Shown here one piece after another: positions 63,801 through 64,000 of a DNA stretch of 64,000 bases (its first letter is position 1; each line of letters starts with the position of its first letter). The DNA lies in contig OX597819.1 of assembly GCA_951406725.2 (NCBI GenBank), forward strand, positions 73,160,001 through 73,224,000. The letters are read 5' to 3'. This DNA comes from Octopus vulgaris (Eukaryota). Made by a program: the position numbers and the translations under genes. The notes beneath the pieces are model-generated. The model had not been told where the DNA came from and made no database searches. It was given only the letters and a program-made list of their open reading frames with translations.

Positions 63801-63870
63801 CTATTTCCTTCTTGAGAAGGGAGATAAGTAATATTGTGAGGAAGTTAAACCGCCACCAAAGCAAGGAACA

Positions 63871-64000
63871 ATGAACACTTACAGTTACACGGAAATGGCG
63901 CGGATGAATGTTGTGGAACCTCCGCGGCGGAAAAAGCGCTTGCAAGACGCTAATAAGCCAAAGAGGTCCACATCGGCGTATTTCTATTTCATGGCCAGTT
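63871..64000 (+). CDS. HMG-box protein (HMGB-like), N-terminal coding segment running off the window end
   Basis: ATG at 63871 after an in-frame upstream TAA: MNTYSYTEMARMNVVEPPRRKKRLQDANKPKRSTSAYFYFMAS matches the HMG box start (DPNKPKRxxSAYFxF). Confidence 0.88.
   Translation, partial: MNTYSYTEMARMNVVEPPRRKKRLQDANKPKRSTSAYFYFMAS

Overview
AT-rich, microsatellite-dense animal genomic DNA, almost certainly cephalopod (Octopus-like), judged from its tRNA-SINE, MetaSINE-core and RTE-tail SINE families and its (TA)n/(CA)n/(TAA)n/(CAT)n content. Most of the window is mobile-element debris: dozens of SINEs, RTE and Dong/R4 LINE fragments, Tc1/mariner remnants, piggyBac-type TTAA MITEs, Helentron-like elements, and a decayed Gypsy LTR element (minus strand) interrupted by a young 5'-truncated CR1-group LINE with an unbroken ~815-codon EN-RT frame. 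The only well-supported host CDS is the start of an HMG-box (HMGB-like) gene at 63871, which the ORF track misses. It lies behind a CpG-rich ETS/NRF1-type promoter that probably also drives a divergent minus-strand transcript, so most of the window may be that gene's intron. The most notable pattern is a set of fold-back (inverted-repeat) elements from unrelated families that carry minimal type I hammerhead-ribozyme cores (Penelope pseudo-LTR/retrozyme-like), clearest at 46846-47315 and 55000-55364. Most ORFs in the supplied track are microsatellite or SINE artefacts. Repeat boundaries were read by eye and are approximate.
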